62,827 nucleotides of DNA, filler included, from Sandaracinaceae bacterium (GCA_947483975.1; 7 parts of 7 records of this genome joined end to end with filler, not necessarily neighbours in it); one strand, 5' to 3'. Positions 39,293 to 50,779 are shown, counted from the whole stretch's first letter. The notes: a model not told the origin generated them from the sequence alone. Numbers and translations: made by a program.

Positions 39293-39380
39293 GCTCCGGG
39301 CAGCGCCCTTGGGACTCAGCACGGAGGCCAGCGTATCCGAGGGCCGCGCCTCGCGCACGAGCGCGCTATGCTGCCTCCCC

Positions 39381-40166
39381 ATGTGCCGCCTCGTCGGAGT
39401 GGTCGCGAGCGAGACGACGAACTTCCGCTTCTGTCTGCGGGACGCGCCGCGCAGTCTGTCGACGCTCTCGCCCGAGCATCCCGATGGCTGGGGGATCGCC
39501 GTGCACGACGCGAGCGACTGGTCGATCGAGAAGGAGCCGGGCTGCGCGCGCGAGGACGCGCAGTTTGCGGCGGTGAGCGCGACGCGGCACGGGCGCGTGC
39601 TCATCGCGCACGTCCGCAAGCGCACCGTCGGCGCCGTGGGTCGAGACAACACGCACCCCTTCGAGCGCGGGCGCTGGACGTTCGCGCACAACGGGACGAT
39701 CGACGACCAAGCCTTCATGCGCGCGCAGACCTCCGCAGCGCGGCTCGCGGAGCTCGTCGGGCAGACTGACAGCGAGCTCTTCTTCGCGTACCTGCTCACG
39801 GCGATGGACGCTCGGCCCGACGCCCACGACGCGGCGCTCACCGACGCGCTGCGGGCGCTCGTCGCGCGCCCGGGCGTCGCCGCGAACTTCCTGCTCGGCG
39901 ACGGCGAGGTGCTCTACGCGCACCGCTTCGGTCGCAGCCTCTACACGCTGCGTCGTCAGCCCGGGGACGCCGTGCGCACCGAGCGCACCTCCGTCGAGAC
40001 GCTGGCGACGCTCGAGACGCCGTGGACGCCGCGCCGGAGCGCCGTGCTCGTCGCCTCCGAGCAGCTGAGCGACGAGCCTTGGGACGAGGTCCCTACGGGC
40101 ACTCTGCTGCGCGTCGACCGCAGCCCGTTGCCCACGCTGCGCGTCGTCGCGCAGACGGTCGTCTAG
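39381..40166 (+). CDS. Class II glutamine amidotransferase (YafJ/EgtC-like Ntn hydrolase)
   Basis: MCRL start, HPDGWG, AHVRK.T, NTHPF, FAHNG, GQTDSE, VASE. Confidence 0.9.
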   Translation: MCRLVGVVASETTNFRFCLRDAPRSLSTLSPEHPDGWGIAVHDASDWSIEKEPGCAREDAQFAAVSATRHGRVLIAHVRKRTVGAVGRDNTHPFERGRWTFAHNGTIDDQAFMRAQTSAARLAELVGQTDSELFFAYLLTAMDARPDAHDAALTDALRALVARPGVAANFLLGDGEVLYAHRFGRSLYTLRRQPGDAVRTERTSVETLATLETPWTPRRSAVLVASEQLSDEPWDEVPTGTLLRVDRSPLPTLRVVAQTVV

Positions 40167-40220
40167 CCAAGCCGCAATTCTGCAGTTGCCGTGAAGGGGG
40201 CGCGTGCTACCCGCCTCGGC

Positions 40221-43200
40221 ATGGCTCTTCGAAGTCGACCCGCGGCGGCCCTGTTCCTCACTTTGGCCCTGTTTCTCGGAGTCAGTGTTGCGCGCGCGAC
40301 CGTGACCCAGGTGGACGGCACGATCGTCCCGGCGAACGGCAACATGCAGACGGCGCTCAACCTGGAGGGCGAGGGCGGCTTTCCGCTGGGGACGGCCCTC
40401 GACGCGGTCGTCCACGCCTCGACCGTGCCCGAGATCTTTCAGCCGAACCTGACGACTCCGGTGACCTTCAAGGACATCGCCGAGGGCGCCAGCTTCGAGA
40501 ACAGCTTCGGTTACTACAACGTCGGCGACGACCTCACCAATCCGGGCAACCTGCATCCCGTCCTCGGCTGCACCGTCCCGCGCACGACGTATCCGCTCAC
40601 GGCGGGCAGCGCGACCGAGAGCACGGCCGTGCCCGGCTATGTGCAGAACGCCGAGCCAGGCTCGACGACGACGGTCGACTTCCTCGCCGAGCTATCTGCG
40701 GGTCGCTACAAGGGCGGCTTCATCGGTTTCTACATGATCACGCCCGAGGGACACGCGTCGGCGAACAACTGCGGCGACTTCGTCTTCGGTACGGATGTTC
40801 GCTCGCTCTTCGGCCGTATCTACTACACGCAGCGCGACCTCAACGATGATGGGGATTTCGTCCACCACCTCGTCTATCCGTCCAAGCGCACTGCGAACCG
40901 CTTTTACTTCGGCTTCGAGGACCTGTTTCGCGGCGGAGACAACGACTTCGAGGACATGGCGACTCAGGTCACGGGGCTCACGCCGCCCTGCATCGCCTCG
41001 GCCGAGGTGTGCGATGGGCGCGACAACGACTGTGACGGCAGCGTGGACGATGTCGCGGATCTCATCGACGACAACGTGGCGTGTACGTGCTCCGGGTCGC
41101 TGCTCGCGTGTGAGGGCGGCGCGAGACAGGGAGTCTGCCGAGGAGGGCTGACCGCGTGTGTCGCGGGTGCGCTCCTTTGTCGCAGCACCGTCGCCCCGAG
41201 CGCGGAGGTCTGCGACTCGCTCGACAACAACTGCAATGGCCTCGTGGACGACGCGACGACGGATACTGGCGCGGCGTGCGACGGCTCGGACGCGGACGCG
41301 TGCAACGAAGGCACAGTGCAGTGCCTCGGCGGGCTGCTCCTCTGCAGTGACACGACGGCGGACAACGTCGAGGTCTGCAATGGCCTCGATGACGACTGCG
41401 ATGCGTCGATAGACGAGGGCAATCCGGGCGGGGGCGCGGCGTGCGACGGCGCGGACGGCGACGTCTGTCTCGAGGGCACGGTGCAATGCACCGCAGGCGC
41501 GCTCGCGTGCAGCGACACGACGGGCACGACGGTCGAGGTCTGCAACGGACTCGACGACGACTGCGACAGCTCGATCGACGAGTCGCCGACCGACATCGGC
41601 GTGGCCTGTGCGGCCGGCGTCGGCGTGTGTCGGCGCAACGGCGCGACCGTCTGCACGGCGGGCGCGGTCGTCTGCGGCGCCACCGCGGCGGCGCCGGGCG
41701 CGGAGCTCTGCAATGGCGTCGACGACGACTGCGACGGAGTCGTCGACGACGGCTTCGGCGTCGGCACGGCGTGCGACGGAGTGGGGGCATGCGGAGTCGG
41801 CGCGCTCGAGTGCGCGACCTCGACGACGACGCGCTGTTCGAGCGATCCGGGCGGCTCCGCGTCGGCCGTCGCCGTCGAGGTCTGCAACGGTCTCGACGAC
41901 GACTGCGACGGCTTGGTAGACGAAGGGCTCTCAGACCTCGGCGCGTGCGGCTCGGACGTCGGCGAGTGCGCGCCGGGGCGCCTGCGCTGTGTCGCGGGCG
42001 CGTCGGTGTGTCGCGGCGCGGTGGGTCCTTCGCCGGAGGCCTGCAACGGGCTGGACGACGACTGCGACGGACTCCGCGACGAGCGCACGGGGGCGCCGGG
42101 CGACCTGCTCGGAGGGCTCGTCGACGAGGGCGCGGCGTGTGGCAGCGGCGTCGGCGAGTGTCGCACCGGCACGGAGGTCTGCGCCGCGGGCGCCCTCGTC
42201 TGCACGGGCGTGCTGGGCCCGGTCGCGGAGACGTGCAACGGCCTCGACGACGACTGCGATGGTGTGCCCGACGACAGCCCCTCGGGCGTCGACGCACCCT
42301 GCGGCGTGACGGCGACCGGCGAGTGCGCGCTCGGGCGGACGATCTGCGCGGCCGGGGTCGTGCGGTGCAACGGCGAGGTGCCGCCGGTCGCGGAGCTCTG
42401 CAACGGGCTGGACGACGACTGCGACGGCGTCACGGACGACGACTCCGTCGACGTCGGGTTGCCATGCGGCTCCGCGTTCGGCACGTGCGTGCCGGGGCGC
42501 TACGAGTGCGTCGCTGGCGCGCGCGTGTGCTCCGGCGCGACGGTCGGCGTGCCCGAGGTCTGCAACGGTATCGACGATGACTGCAATGGCACCATCGACG
42601 ACCTGCCGGGGGATGCCGGCGGCGTGTGTGGAGTGGACGTCGGCGCGTGCGACTTCGGCGCGGAGCGCTGTATCGCGGGCGCGCTTCAGTGCGTCGGTGG
42701 CGTCTCCCCGGCCCTCGAGATCTGCAACGGCGTCGACGACGACTGCAACGGCGCGACCGACGAGGGCACGCTCTGCGGTGCCGGCGCGTGCATCGACGGC
42801 GCGTGCGCGACCGCGTGCGTCGACGGTGAGTTTGCGTGCGCGCCGGGCTTCCTCTGCAGCGCGGGGTACTGCCTGCCGGATGCGTGCTCGTCGGTCACCT
42901 GTCCGGCCAGTGCGGATGGCTCGCGCAACGTCTGCGCGGAGGGCATCTGTGTGCCCATCTGCGACACGGTCACCTGCACGGAACCGCGGGTCTGTCGCGG
43001 GACCGACGGCAACTGCGTCGAGAACAACTGCACCTATCTGCCGAGCCTCTGCTCGGACACGCAGCTTTGTCGCGGCGGCGAGTGCGTGGCGGATCCGTGC
43101 GCCGGCGTCACCTGCGTCGGCACGGACTTCTGCCGCGGCGGGGACTGCATCCCGAGTTGCGCGACGGTCGAGTGCGGGGGCGCGGAGCGCTGCCGCGACG

Positions 43201-45299
43201 GGGTGTGCACGGCGACGGGTTGCCCGGCGGAGTGCGGCGTCGGACGCGTCTGCGCCGAGACGACCGATACCTGTGTGAGTGACCCGTGCGTGCGCATCAG
43301 TTGCTCGCCTGGAGAGGTGTGTGACCCGTATTCAGGCGGGACGTGCGTCGCCGATCCGTGCAATGGAGTGCACTGCGCCGACGGGCAGGACTGTCGGCTC
43401 GGCGACTGCTTCGCGCACTCGACGCCGCACCCGGACCTCGGTATGCGCGCCGACGCCGGTGGACCCGAGTTCGTGCTCGCAGCGGGCGGTGGCGGATGCA
43501 GCGTGTCGTCGTCGACGCGCGGCGGAGACGCTCCGTATTGGTTGGTCCTCGCCCTCCTCGGCGGTGCTCGGTGGACACGCGGGCGTCGTCGTCGGTTCGC
43601 GCGAATGACGGCGGCGGTGGCGGTGCTCGCCGTCGCGTTCGTCGCGTCGGGCTGCGAAGTCAGCCCCTATTGCCTCAAGCACTGCGGAGGCGATGCGGGC
43701 GTCGCGCTCGACGCGGACGTGCCCGATGGGCTGGCAGACGGCGCGACTGTATGCGTTCCATCGGTGGACCCGGCGGAGGTCTGCGACGGCCTCGACAACA
43801 ATTGCAACCACCTCGTCGACGAGGACTTCGACCTCACGAGCGATGCCCGGAACTGCGGCGCTTGCGGCGTCTCCTGCGAGCGCCCAGGGGCGCACACCGA
43901 GTGCGTCTCTAGAGGCTGTGCGTTCGCGGTGTCGCCTTGTTTCGAAGGCTATTACGACCTCGATGGCGACACCCTCGGCCCGTTCGCCGAGTCGAACGGC
44001 TGCGAATATCGCTGCTTCGTCTCGAACGGCGGAGTCGAAGCGTGCGACGGACTCGACAACGACTGCGATGGGGCGATCGACGAGGATACGGACGTCAGCA
44101 CGGATCCGCGCCACTGCGGTGGGTGCGGGCGGGTCTGCTCGTTCTTTCATGCGTCGAGTGACTGTGCGTCGAGTGCGTGTTCGTTCGACCCGATGGTTGA
44201 TTGCGACGCTGGCTGGCGCGACGTCAATGGGCTTCAGGAGGACGGCTGCGAATACCCGTGCACTCCGACGAATGGCGGAGTCGAAATCTGCGATGGGCTC
44301 GACAACGACTGCGATGGTCCCGCGGACGAGGACTTCGCGCTCGAGACGAACGCAGAGAACTGCGGACGCTGCGGGCGCGCGTGCTCGTTTCCCAACGCCA
44401 CGCCGAGTTGCGCGGCGGGCGTGTGCGGCTTCGACCCGGACACCGACTGCGCTCCTGGCTTCAGCGACCAGAATGGCCATCAACTCGACGGTTGTGAGTA
44501 TCCGTGTGTCGTCACGCACGGCGGAGTCGAGCTCTGCGACGGACTCGACAACGACTGCAATGGCACCGTGGACGGCGCGACGATCGACTCCGGCGGTGCC
44601 TGCAGCCGCGCGCCGGGCGGCGTCGCGCAGGGCGTATGTACGGACGGCGGCGTGCGCACCTGCATCGCGGCGATGCTCGTGTGCATCGGCGCGGTGGTGC
44701 CGCGGGCAGAGACCTGCAACGGACTCGACGACGACTGCGACGGCACGGTGGACGATACTCCCGTGGACGTGGGGCGCGTGTGCTCGGCCGCGGTCGGGGC
44801 TTGCACGGCGGGACTCAGCGTCTGCGTTGGCGGTGCGCTCGGCTGTGAGCGCGCCATCGAGCCGTCACCCGAACTCTGCAACGGACTCGACGACGACTGT
44901 GATGGCGCCGTAGACGAGACGCCGACGGACCCGACGCTCGGCACTCCGTGCGGCACGGACACGGGCGCGTGTGCGCGCGGGACGGTCGTCTGTGACGTGA
45001 GCGGAGCGCTCGTGTGCTTCGGCCGGACCGCGTCGAGCGCCGAGACCTGCAATGGAGTGGACGACGACTGCGACGGGATGATTGACAACGATCCAATCGA
45101 CGACGGCGGCGCTTGCGGGAGTCGAGTCGGCGCGTGTGTCGAGGGTTCGGAGGTCTGTGTCGGCGGAGCGCTCGTGTGTGTCGGCGGCGTCGGGCGGGCG
45201 GCCGAGATGTGCAACGGACTCGACGACGACTGTGACGGCGCGACGGACGAGGACCTGGGTGGCGTACCGCTCACGCGTGGTTGCTACACCGGGCCCATT
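40221..45299 (+). CDS. Very large Cys-rich surface protein: signal peptide, DUF4114-like domain, ~19 putative metal-binding repeats, internal MYXO-CTERM-like segment; 3'-truncated
   Basis: Signal ending ARA; GFEDLFRGGDNDFEDM; ExC(N/D)GxD(D/N)DCDG repeats (11 before and 8 after the internal membrane segment). Confidence 0.85.
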
Positions 45300-45399
45300 N
45301 NNNNNNNNNNNNNNNNNNNNNNNNNNNNNNNNNNNNNNNNNNNTTAATTAATTAANNNNNNNNNNNNNNNNNNNNNNNNNNNNNNNNNNNNNNNNNNNN
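45300..45399. other. Artificial contig spacer
   Basis: N44-TTAATTAATTAA-N44. Confidence 0.99.
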
Positions 45400-46390
45400 C
45401 TACGGGAGCCTCGACGCGCTCGCGGACGCGCTCCGCACAGGCGCGGGCGTGGTCGCGCTCGTGGTCGAGGAGCGCGCCCCGCGGCGCACCGCGAGCGAGC
45501 TCCGTGGGCACGACTTCACCGCGGTGATCGGGCAGTTCGAGACGCACTACAACCCCGGCGAGAAGGCGCGCGACCGCACGTTCAACCTGCGCGTCGGCGC
45601 GTCGAAGATCGACGGGCTCGTGCTCCTGCCAGGCGAGACGCTCGACTTCAACGACCTCGTCGGAGAGCGCAGCGAGGCGAACGGCTTCCGCGTCGCGGCG
45701 GTGATCGCCGATGGAGAGCTCGGCGAGGGAGTCGGCGGCGGCACCTGCCAGGTCGCGGGCACCCTGCACGCAGCGGCGTACTTCGCCGGCTTGCCGATCC
45801 TCGAGCGCGGGCCGCACTCGAGGCCGAGCTTCTACATCAAGATGGGGATGGACGCGATGGTGTCCTACCCCAACATGAACCTGAAATTCACGAACGATCT
45901 GCCCTTCCCGGTCGCGCTCGGCATGACCGTTCAGAACGGCATCGTCCACGCGGAGGTCCGCGGGCGCGAACGCACGCGGATGGTCACGTTCGTGCGGCGC
46001 ATCGATCGAGTCCTGCGCTTCATCGAGCGCGACGAGCCGGATCCCGCGCTGCCGACCGGCGTGCGCGTCCTCAAGCAGCGCGGCATCCCGGGCTTCCACG
46101 TCAGCCGATGGCGCGTCGTCCGTAACGTGGCGATCAACCAGGCCGCGCGGCAGCGCAGCGAGGACGAGTACCCACCGACCGATCAGATCTGGCGCGTCGG
46201 CTCGGGCGGCGCGGCGCCCGCTGGCTTCGTGCAGCCCACCGGCGACGAGCACCCGGAGTACTCCGCCGACGAGTACCTCGCCGCGACTCAGGGCCCCGGC
46301 ATCGAGGGCACGCAAGAGGCCAAGCGCGCAGGCCGCACGGGCACCCCGGGCTGGACGATCCGCGAAGGCTTCGCGCGCGCGCTCCAGTGA
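45400..46390 (+). CDS. VanW family protein with G5-like C-terminus, 5'-truncated
   Basis: R..NL.....IDG.VL.PGE...FN..VG.R, GVGGGTCQV..TL.AA, ER.PHS, G.DA.V. Confidence 0.85.
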
Positions 46391-46406
46391 CGGCAGCGAG
46401 ACATTC

Positions 46407-47609
46407 ATGACCCTCAGCGGCAAGCAGATCGTGGTCGGCGTCGCGGGCGGCATCGCGGCCTACAAGGCCGTGGAGCTCGTGCGCGAGCTCGGGCGGCGCG
46501 GGGCGAGCGTCCGCGTCGTGATGACGCAGGCGGCGACGCGCTTCGTCGGCGCGGTCACGTTCACGGGGATCACCGGGCGGCCGCCCGTCATCGACCTCTG
46601 GGACCCAGCCTACGCGGGCGAGGTGCACGTCGAGCTCGCGTCGTGGGCGCACGCCATCGTCGTCGCCCCCGCGACCGCCAACGTCCTCGCGCGCTCAGCC
46701 GCCGGCATGGCCGACGACGCGCTCCTCGCGACGCTCCTCTGCGCGGCGTGCCCGGTGCTCTATGCGCCGGCGATGTTCCACCGGATGTGGGGCTCGGCGA
46801 GCACCGCGCGCAACGTCACGCAGCTTCGCGCCGATGGCGCGCACTTCGTGGGCCCCGTCCGCGGCGCGCTCGCGAACGGCGAGATCGGCATGGGGCGGCT
46901 CGCGGAGCCCTCCGACATCGCCGACGCGCTCGACGCGCTCCTCGCGCCGAGCCTCGACCTCGAGGGGCGCACGGTCCTCGTCAGCGCGGGGCCGACGCAC
47001 GAGGACCTCGATCCGGTGCGCTTCCTCGGCAACAAATCGAGCGGCAAGATGGGCTTCGCCCTCGCCGAGCGCGCGGCGGCTCGCGGGGCGCGCGTGTGCC
47101 TCGTCGCGGGGCCTGTCGCGCTACCGACGCCCGCGGGGGTCGAGCGCGTCGACGTGCGCAGCGCCCGCGAGATGGACGCGGCGCTCGAGGCGCGCTTCGA
47201 CGACGCCGACGTGCTCGTGATGAGCGCGGCAGTAGCGGACTATCGGCCTGAGACGACCTCTGCGGAGAAGCTCAAGAAAGCGGAAGACCGGGAAGCGCTG
47301 GTCCTTCGCCTCGTGCAGAACCCGGACATCCTCGCCGCGCTCGGCGCGCGTCGTGGTGAGCGCAGGCGCCCGCTGCTCGTCGGCTTCGCGCTCGAGACGC
47401 AGGACCTCCTCGCGAACGCCCGCGCGAAGCTCGCCAAGAAGCGCGCGGACCTGATCGTCGCCAACCACGCCACGGACGGGCTCGGCACCGACGAGAACGT
47501 CGCGACGCTCGTCAGCGACGAGGGCGAAGAGGCGCTCGGCCGCCTGACGAAGCGCGCGCTCGCCGACGCGATCCTCGACCGCGTCGTCGCGCGACTCGCG
47601 CAGCCGTAG
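46407..47609 (+). CDS. coaBC: Bifunctional phosphopantothenoylcysteine decarboxylase/synthetase
   Basis: GGIAAYKA, APATAN, APAM, G.GRL.EP, SAGPT.E.LDPVRF..N.SSGKMG, AAVADY, VGFALET. Confidence 0.96.
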   Translation: MTLSGKQIVVGVAGGIAAYKAVELVRELGRRGASVRVVMTQAATRFVGAVTFTGITGRPPVIDLWDPAYAGEVHVELASWAHAIVVAPATANVLARSAAGMADDALLATLLCAACPVLYAPAMFHRMWGSASTARNVTQLRADGAHFVGPVRGALANGEIGMGRLAEPSDIADALDALLAPSLDLEGRTVLVSAGPTHEDLDPVRFLGNKSSGKMGFALAERAAARGARVCLVAGPVALPTPAGVERVDVRSAREMDAALEARFDDADVLVMSAAVADYRPETTSAEKLKKAEDREALVLRLVQNPDILAALGARRGERRRPLLVGFALETQDLLANARAKLAKKRADLIVANHATDGLGTDENVATLVSDEGEEALGRLTKRALADAILDRVVARLAQP

Positions 47610-47657
47610 CGAGAGCCGAGGGTCGCGGCGCGCCGCGTCCACGCCAGTCGACCGCGC

Positions 47658-48587
47658 TCAGACCCAGTCCGGGTCCCAGAGGAAAGCGATGCCGACCTGC
47701 GCTTCCGTCGCCGAGCCGGAGCGCTTGCCGAGCGCGTACGGCTGGACGCGGTGCGAGGCGTCGGCGAACACGAGGAACCAGTCCGTCGGGCGGAACGCGA
47801 CGCGCACGCCGGCCTCCATCCAGAACCAGTTGGGCAAGAGCATCGCCGCGACGCCGCTGATCACTGGGTCGAGCGCCACGCGCGCGCTGACGCTCAGCGG
47901 GCCGAGGACGCGGTACTCGAACGTGAGGCCGAAGGGCATCCCGATCCACGCGTCGTCGAGCTCGTGCGCGACGGCCACGAGCACCGAGGGGTCCGCGCTG
48001 CTCGGCATCTGATACGTCCCGCTGACCGTGAAGCCCTCGTAGATCATCCCGAGCACGAGCCCGAGGTTCATGCCGTAGTCGAGGTCCCACGAGACGAACT
48101 TCGCGCGCAGATCGAGGCGGAGGTAGTCCACCGACGCGTCGGGCATCTCGTAGTCGACGCCGTCGCGCGTCGCGGTCGCGCCTGTGCGGGAGCCCCACGC
48201 GAGCGTCAGCGTCGTCTCGGTCCCCTGCGCCGGGGGCACCACCTCGTACGAGTACGAGTAGACGTCGCCGTCCTGTCCGCCGTTGTCGATGGCCTGCTGC
48301 CGCGCCTCTTGCTCTGCGGCTTGCGCGTTCGCGGCGGTGCCGAGCGCGGCGAGGAGGATCCCGCTCGAGTCGTACGCGGTGATCACGTTCGCGCGGAGCG
48401 GGCCGATGCTCGTGCCCGCGAGGTACTCCTCGTTGCCGCTGCTCAGCCAGTTGTCGTCGTTCTTGCCGACGCTCCCGCCGACCAGCATCTGACCGACGCC
48501 GATGCCGCAGCCGGGGAGCGCGCAGACGAGCACCGTCGCGAGCAGCCCCCGAGCGGCGCGCGGCGAGAGCAAGGCGAGGGTTCTCAT
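47658..48587 (-). CDS. Hypothetical lipoprotein / outer-membrane beta-strand-rich protein
   Basis: Lipobox LPGC; C-terminal half has alternating hydrophobic/aromatic strands. Confidence 0.55.
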   Translation of the reverse strand: MRTLALLSPRAARGLLATVLVCALPGCGIGVGQMLVGGSVGKNDDNWLSSGNEEYLAGTSIGPLRANVITAYDSSGILLAALGTAANAQAAEQEARQQAIDNGGQDGDVYSYSYEVVPPAQGTETTLTLAWGSRTGATATRDGVDYEMPDASVDYLRLDLRAKFVSWDLDYGMNLGLVLGMIYEGFTVSGTYQMPSSADPSVLVAVAHELDDAWIGMPFGLTFEYRVLGPLSVSARVALDPVISGVAAMLLPNWFWMEAGVRVAFRPTDWFLVFADASHRVQPYALGKRSGSATEAQVGIAFLWDPDWV

Positions 48588-48672
48588 ACGCTGACGGTAT
48601 CCCGAGGTGTTCAGCGCTGACGTTGCGCGAGCGCAAGGTAAGCGAAGCCACACAAGATACCGGTCCGCCGCC

Positions 48673-49728
48673 CTACCCGTACCGCTTCTCGAAGAGCGCG
48701 CGCACGGCGGGCTCGCGCCGGAGGAGCGCGAGCGTGTAGTCGGCGTGCCCCTGCGCGTAGCCGTTGCCGACGAGCATGTCGACGTCCTTGCCGACGCCCT
48801 CGGCGCCGAGGGCGGCGCGGGTGAAGCTCGTCGTCATCGAGAAGAAGTAGATGGTCCCGCGGTCGCGCGTGCAGAGGATCGCCGAAAGCTCTGCGCCCTC
48901 GACGTTGACGCAGCTGATCGCGCGGTCGACCTCGCGCCCGCCCGTCGCGGCGAGCACCGCGGTGCGCACGGCGAGCGGGTCGCGCGCGTCCCCGCCGATG
49001 ACGGCGTCGCAGACGCCGAGCGCGCGCAGGTCGTCGGCGTACGGGGCGTACGACTCGACGCCGATGATCACGCCCGTCGGCCCGACCTTGCGGCGCGCCT
49101 CGACCGCGCAGATGACGCCGCTCTTGCCGCCGGCGCCGAGCACCAGCACCGCGTCGCCCGGCTGACAGATCCGCTCGACCTGCGGCGCGGCCCCGGCGAC
49201 GTCGAGCGCCGCGAGCGCGAGGCGCTCGGGCATATCGTTCGGGAGCACGGCGTAGAGGCCCGTCGCGAAGAGCACAGCCTGCCCGCGCACGTCGAGCTGC
49301 GCGCTCGCGGGTCGCACGGCGCCGATCGAGTCGAGGCGCAGCGGCGTCAGCGAGAGCGAGACGAGCGTCGCTATGCGGTCGCCCACCTTCGCCGTGTCGC
49401 CCTTGCGCGCGCTGCCGAGGCGCGCGACGCGCCCGAGCAGCATCCCGCCCGAGCCCGTGACCGGGTTGTGCTGCTTGCCGCGCGACGCGACCGTCTCCCG
49501 CACGAGGCGCACGACGCCCGCGGTCCCCTCGCCCGGCGTCGCCTCTTCCATCTGGCGGAAGCTCGCGGCGTCGACGTTGAGCGTCTCGACGTCGATCAGC
49601 AGCTCGCTCTCGTAGAGGCGCGCGAAGTCGTTGTCGACGCGCTTCGCGGCCTGCGGGAGCGAGCCGAGCGGCTCGAGCACGCGGTGCGCCCCGAACACAT
49701 CCCCCACCAAATCAGCGTGCGCGGTCAT
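48673..49728 (-). CDS. kdd: L-erythro-3,5-diaminohexanoate dehydrogenase
   Basis: GAHRVLEP.G.LPQAA, LNVDAASF.Q, RGKQHNPVTGSGGML.G, TLVSLSLTPL, LDVAGA, AALGAEGVGKD. Confidence 0.9.
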   Translation of the reverse strand: MTAHADLVGDVFGAHRVLEPLGSLPQAAKRVDNDFARLYESELLIDVETLNVDAASFRQMEEATPGEGTAGVVRLVRETVASRGKQHNPVTGSGGMLLGRVARLGSARKGDTAKVGDRIATLVSLSLTPLRLDSIGAVRPASAQLDVRGQAVLFATGLYAVLPNDMPERLALAALDVAGAAPQVERICQPGDAVLVLGAGGKSGVICAVEARRKVGPTGVIIGVESYAPYADDLRALGVCDAVIGGDARDPLAVRTAVLAATGGREVDRAISCVNVEGAELSAILCTRDRGTIYFFSMTTSFTRAALGAEGVGKDVDMLVGNGYAQGHADYTLALLRREPAVRALFEKRYG

Positions 49729-50330
49729 CAGAACACTCCGTCGACAGGCCCCGCGCCGACGCGCGTCACCTGCGGTTCGCCGCCCGTCATGTCCACGACG
49801 GTCGTGCTCGTCAGCTGCCCGTAGCCAGCGTCGAGGATCATGTCGAGCGCGGGGAAGCGGTCATCGATGTCGGCGGGATCGTTGAGCGACTCGCCCTCCC
49901 AAGCCGCCGTCGTCGAGATGATCGGGTTCCCTAGCTCGCGCACCAGCGCGAGCGGCACCTCGTGGTGCGGGACGCGGATGCCGACCGTCTTGCGCTTCAT
50001 CATCAGGATCTTCGGCACCTCGCGCGTCGCGTCGAGGATGAAGCAGTACGGCCCCGGCAAGAGCCTGCGCATGATGCGATAGGCCTGGTTGTCTACGACC
50101 GCGTACTTCGCGATGTCGCCGAGGTCGCTGCAGATGAACGCGAGCGGCTGGTCCGGCTTCATGCGCTTCATCGCGTAGATCTTGTCGATCGCCTTGCGCT
50201 GCGTGATGTCGCAGCCGATGCCGTAGACGGTATCGGTCGGGTAAGCGATGACGCCGCCCTTGCGCAGAATCTCGACGGCCTTCGCAATTTTGCGGGGCTC
50301 TGGGTGCTCGCCATGGATCTCGATGCGCAT
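49728..50330 (-). CDS. Sua5/YciO/YrdC family threonylcarbamoyl-AMP synthase
   Basis: GGVIAYPTDTVYG, LLPGPY.FIL, TVGIRVP, STTVVD. Confidence 0.9.
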   Translation of the reverse strand: MRIEIHGEHPEPRKIAKAVEILRKGGVIAYPTDTVYGIGCDITQRKAIDKIYAMKRMKPDQPLAFICSDLGDIAKYAVVDNQAYRIMRRLLPGPYCFILDATREVPKILMMKRKTVGIRVPHHEVPLALVRELGNPIISTTAAWEGESLNDPADIDDRFPALDMILDAGYGQLTSTTVVDMTGGEPQVTRVGAGPVDGVF

Positions 50331-50538
50331 ACCTGCTTGTCTCCGCGCCCGTTTCAGGACAAGACTGCGCCCCGCGAGGCGGCGCTGATGTAGGACGCCG
50401 GGCGTGGGTCTGCAATGACGATGTGCTCGCGACGCGAGACACGGCACGCAGAGAGAGAGCTACCGGGGCTGGAGACAGCCGCTAGTCGGAACGTAGTGAG
50501 GGTCTTATGTTCCAGACCCCCAGGAGAGATAGAACCGA

Positions 50539-50757
50539 ATGAGCCGTGATGACCATGTTCGACTCGAAGGCGTCATCACCGACGTCTACGCCGGTGGGCA
50601 GTTCGCCGTGAAGACCGATGCCGGCGCGCTGGTGCGCGCGCAGCTCTGCGGACGGATGCGCAAGCACCGCATCCGCGTGATCCTGGGCGACCGCGTGACG
50701 GTCGCACTTTCGCCGTACGACCTGACGCACGGCATGATCGTCTTCCGCGCCAAGTAG
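50539..50757 (+). CDS. infA: Translation initiation factor IF-1
   Basis: 72 aa: EG.I.....G.F.V, GRMRK.RIRVI.GDRV.V..SPYDLT.G.IVFR. Confidence 0.92.
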   Translation: MSRDDHVRLEGVITDVYAGGQFAVKTDAGALVRAQLCGRMRKHRIRVILGDRVTVALSPYDLTHGMIVFRAK

Positions 50758-50779
50758 CCGCGCAGCCGAGAGCTCCCGC

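Noticed and set aside
45400..46390. Vancomycin resistance locus
   Set aside because: VanW-domain proteins are widespread, and no vanHAX/vanRS genes are on the contig.
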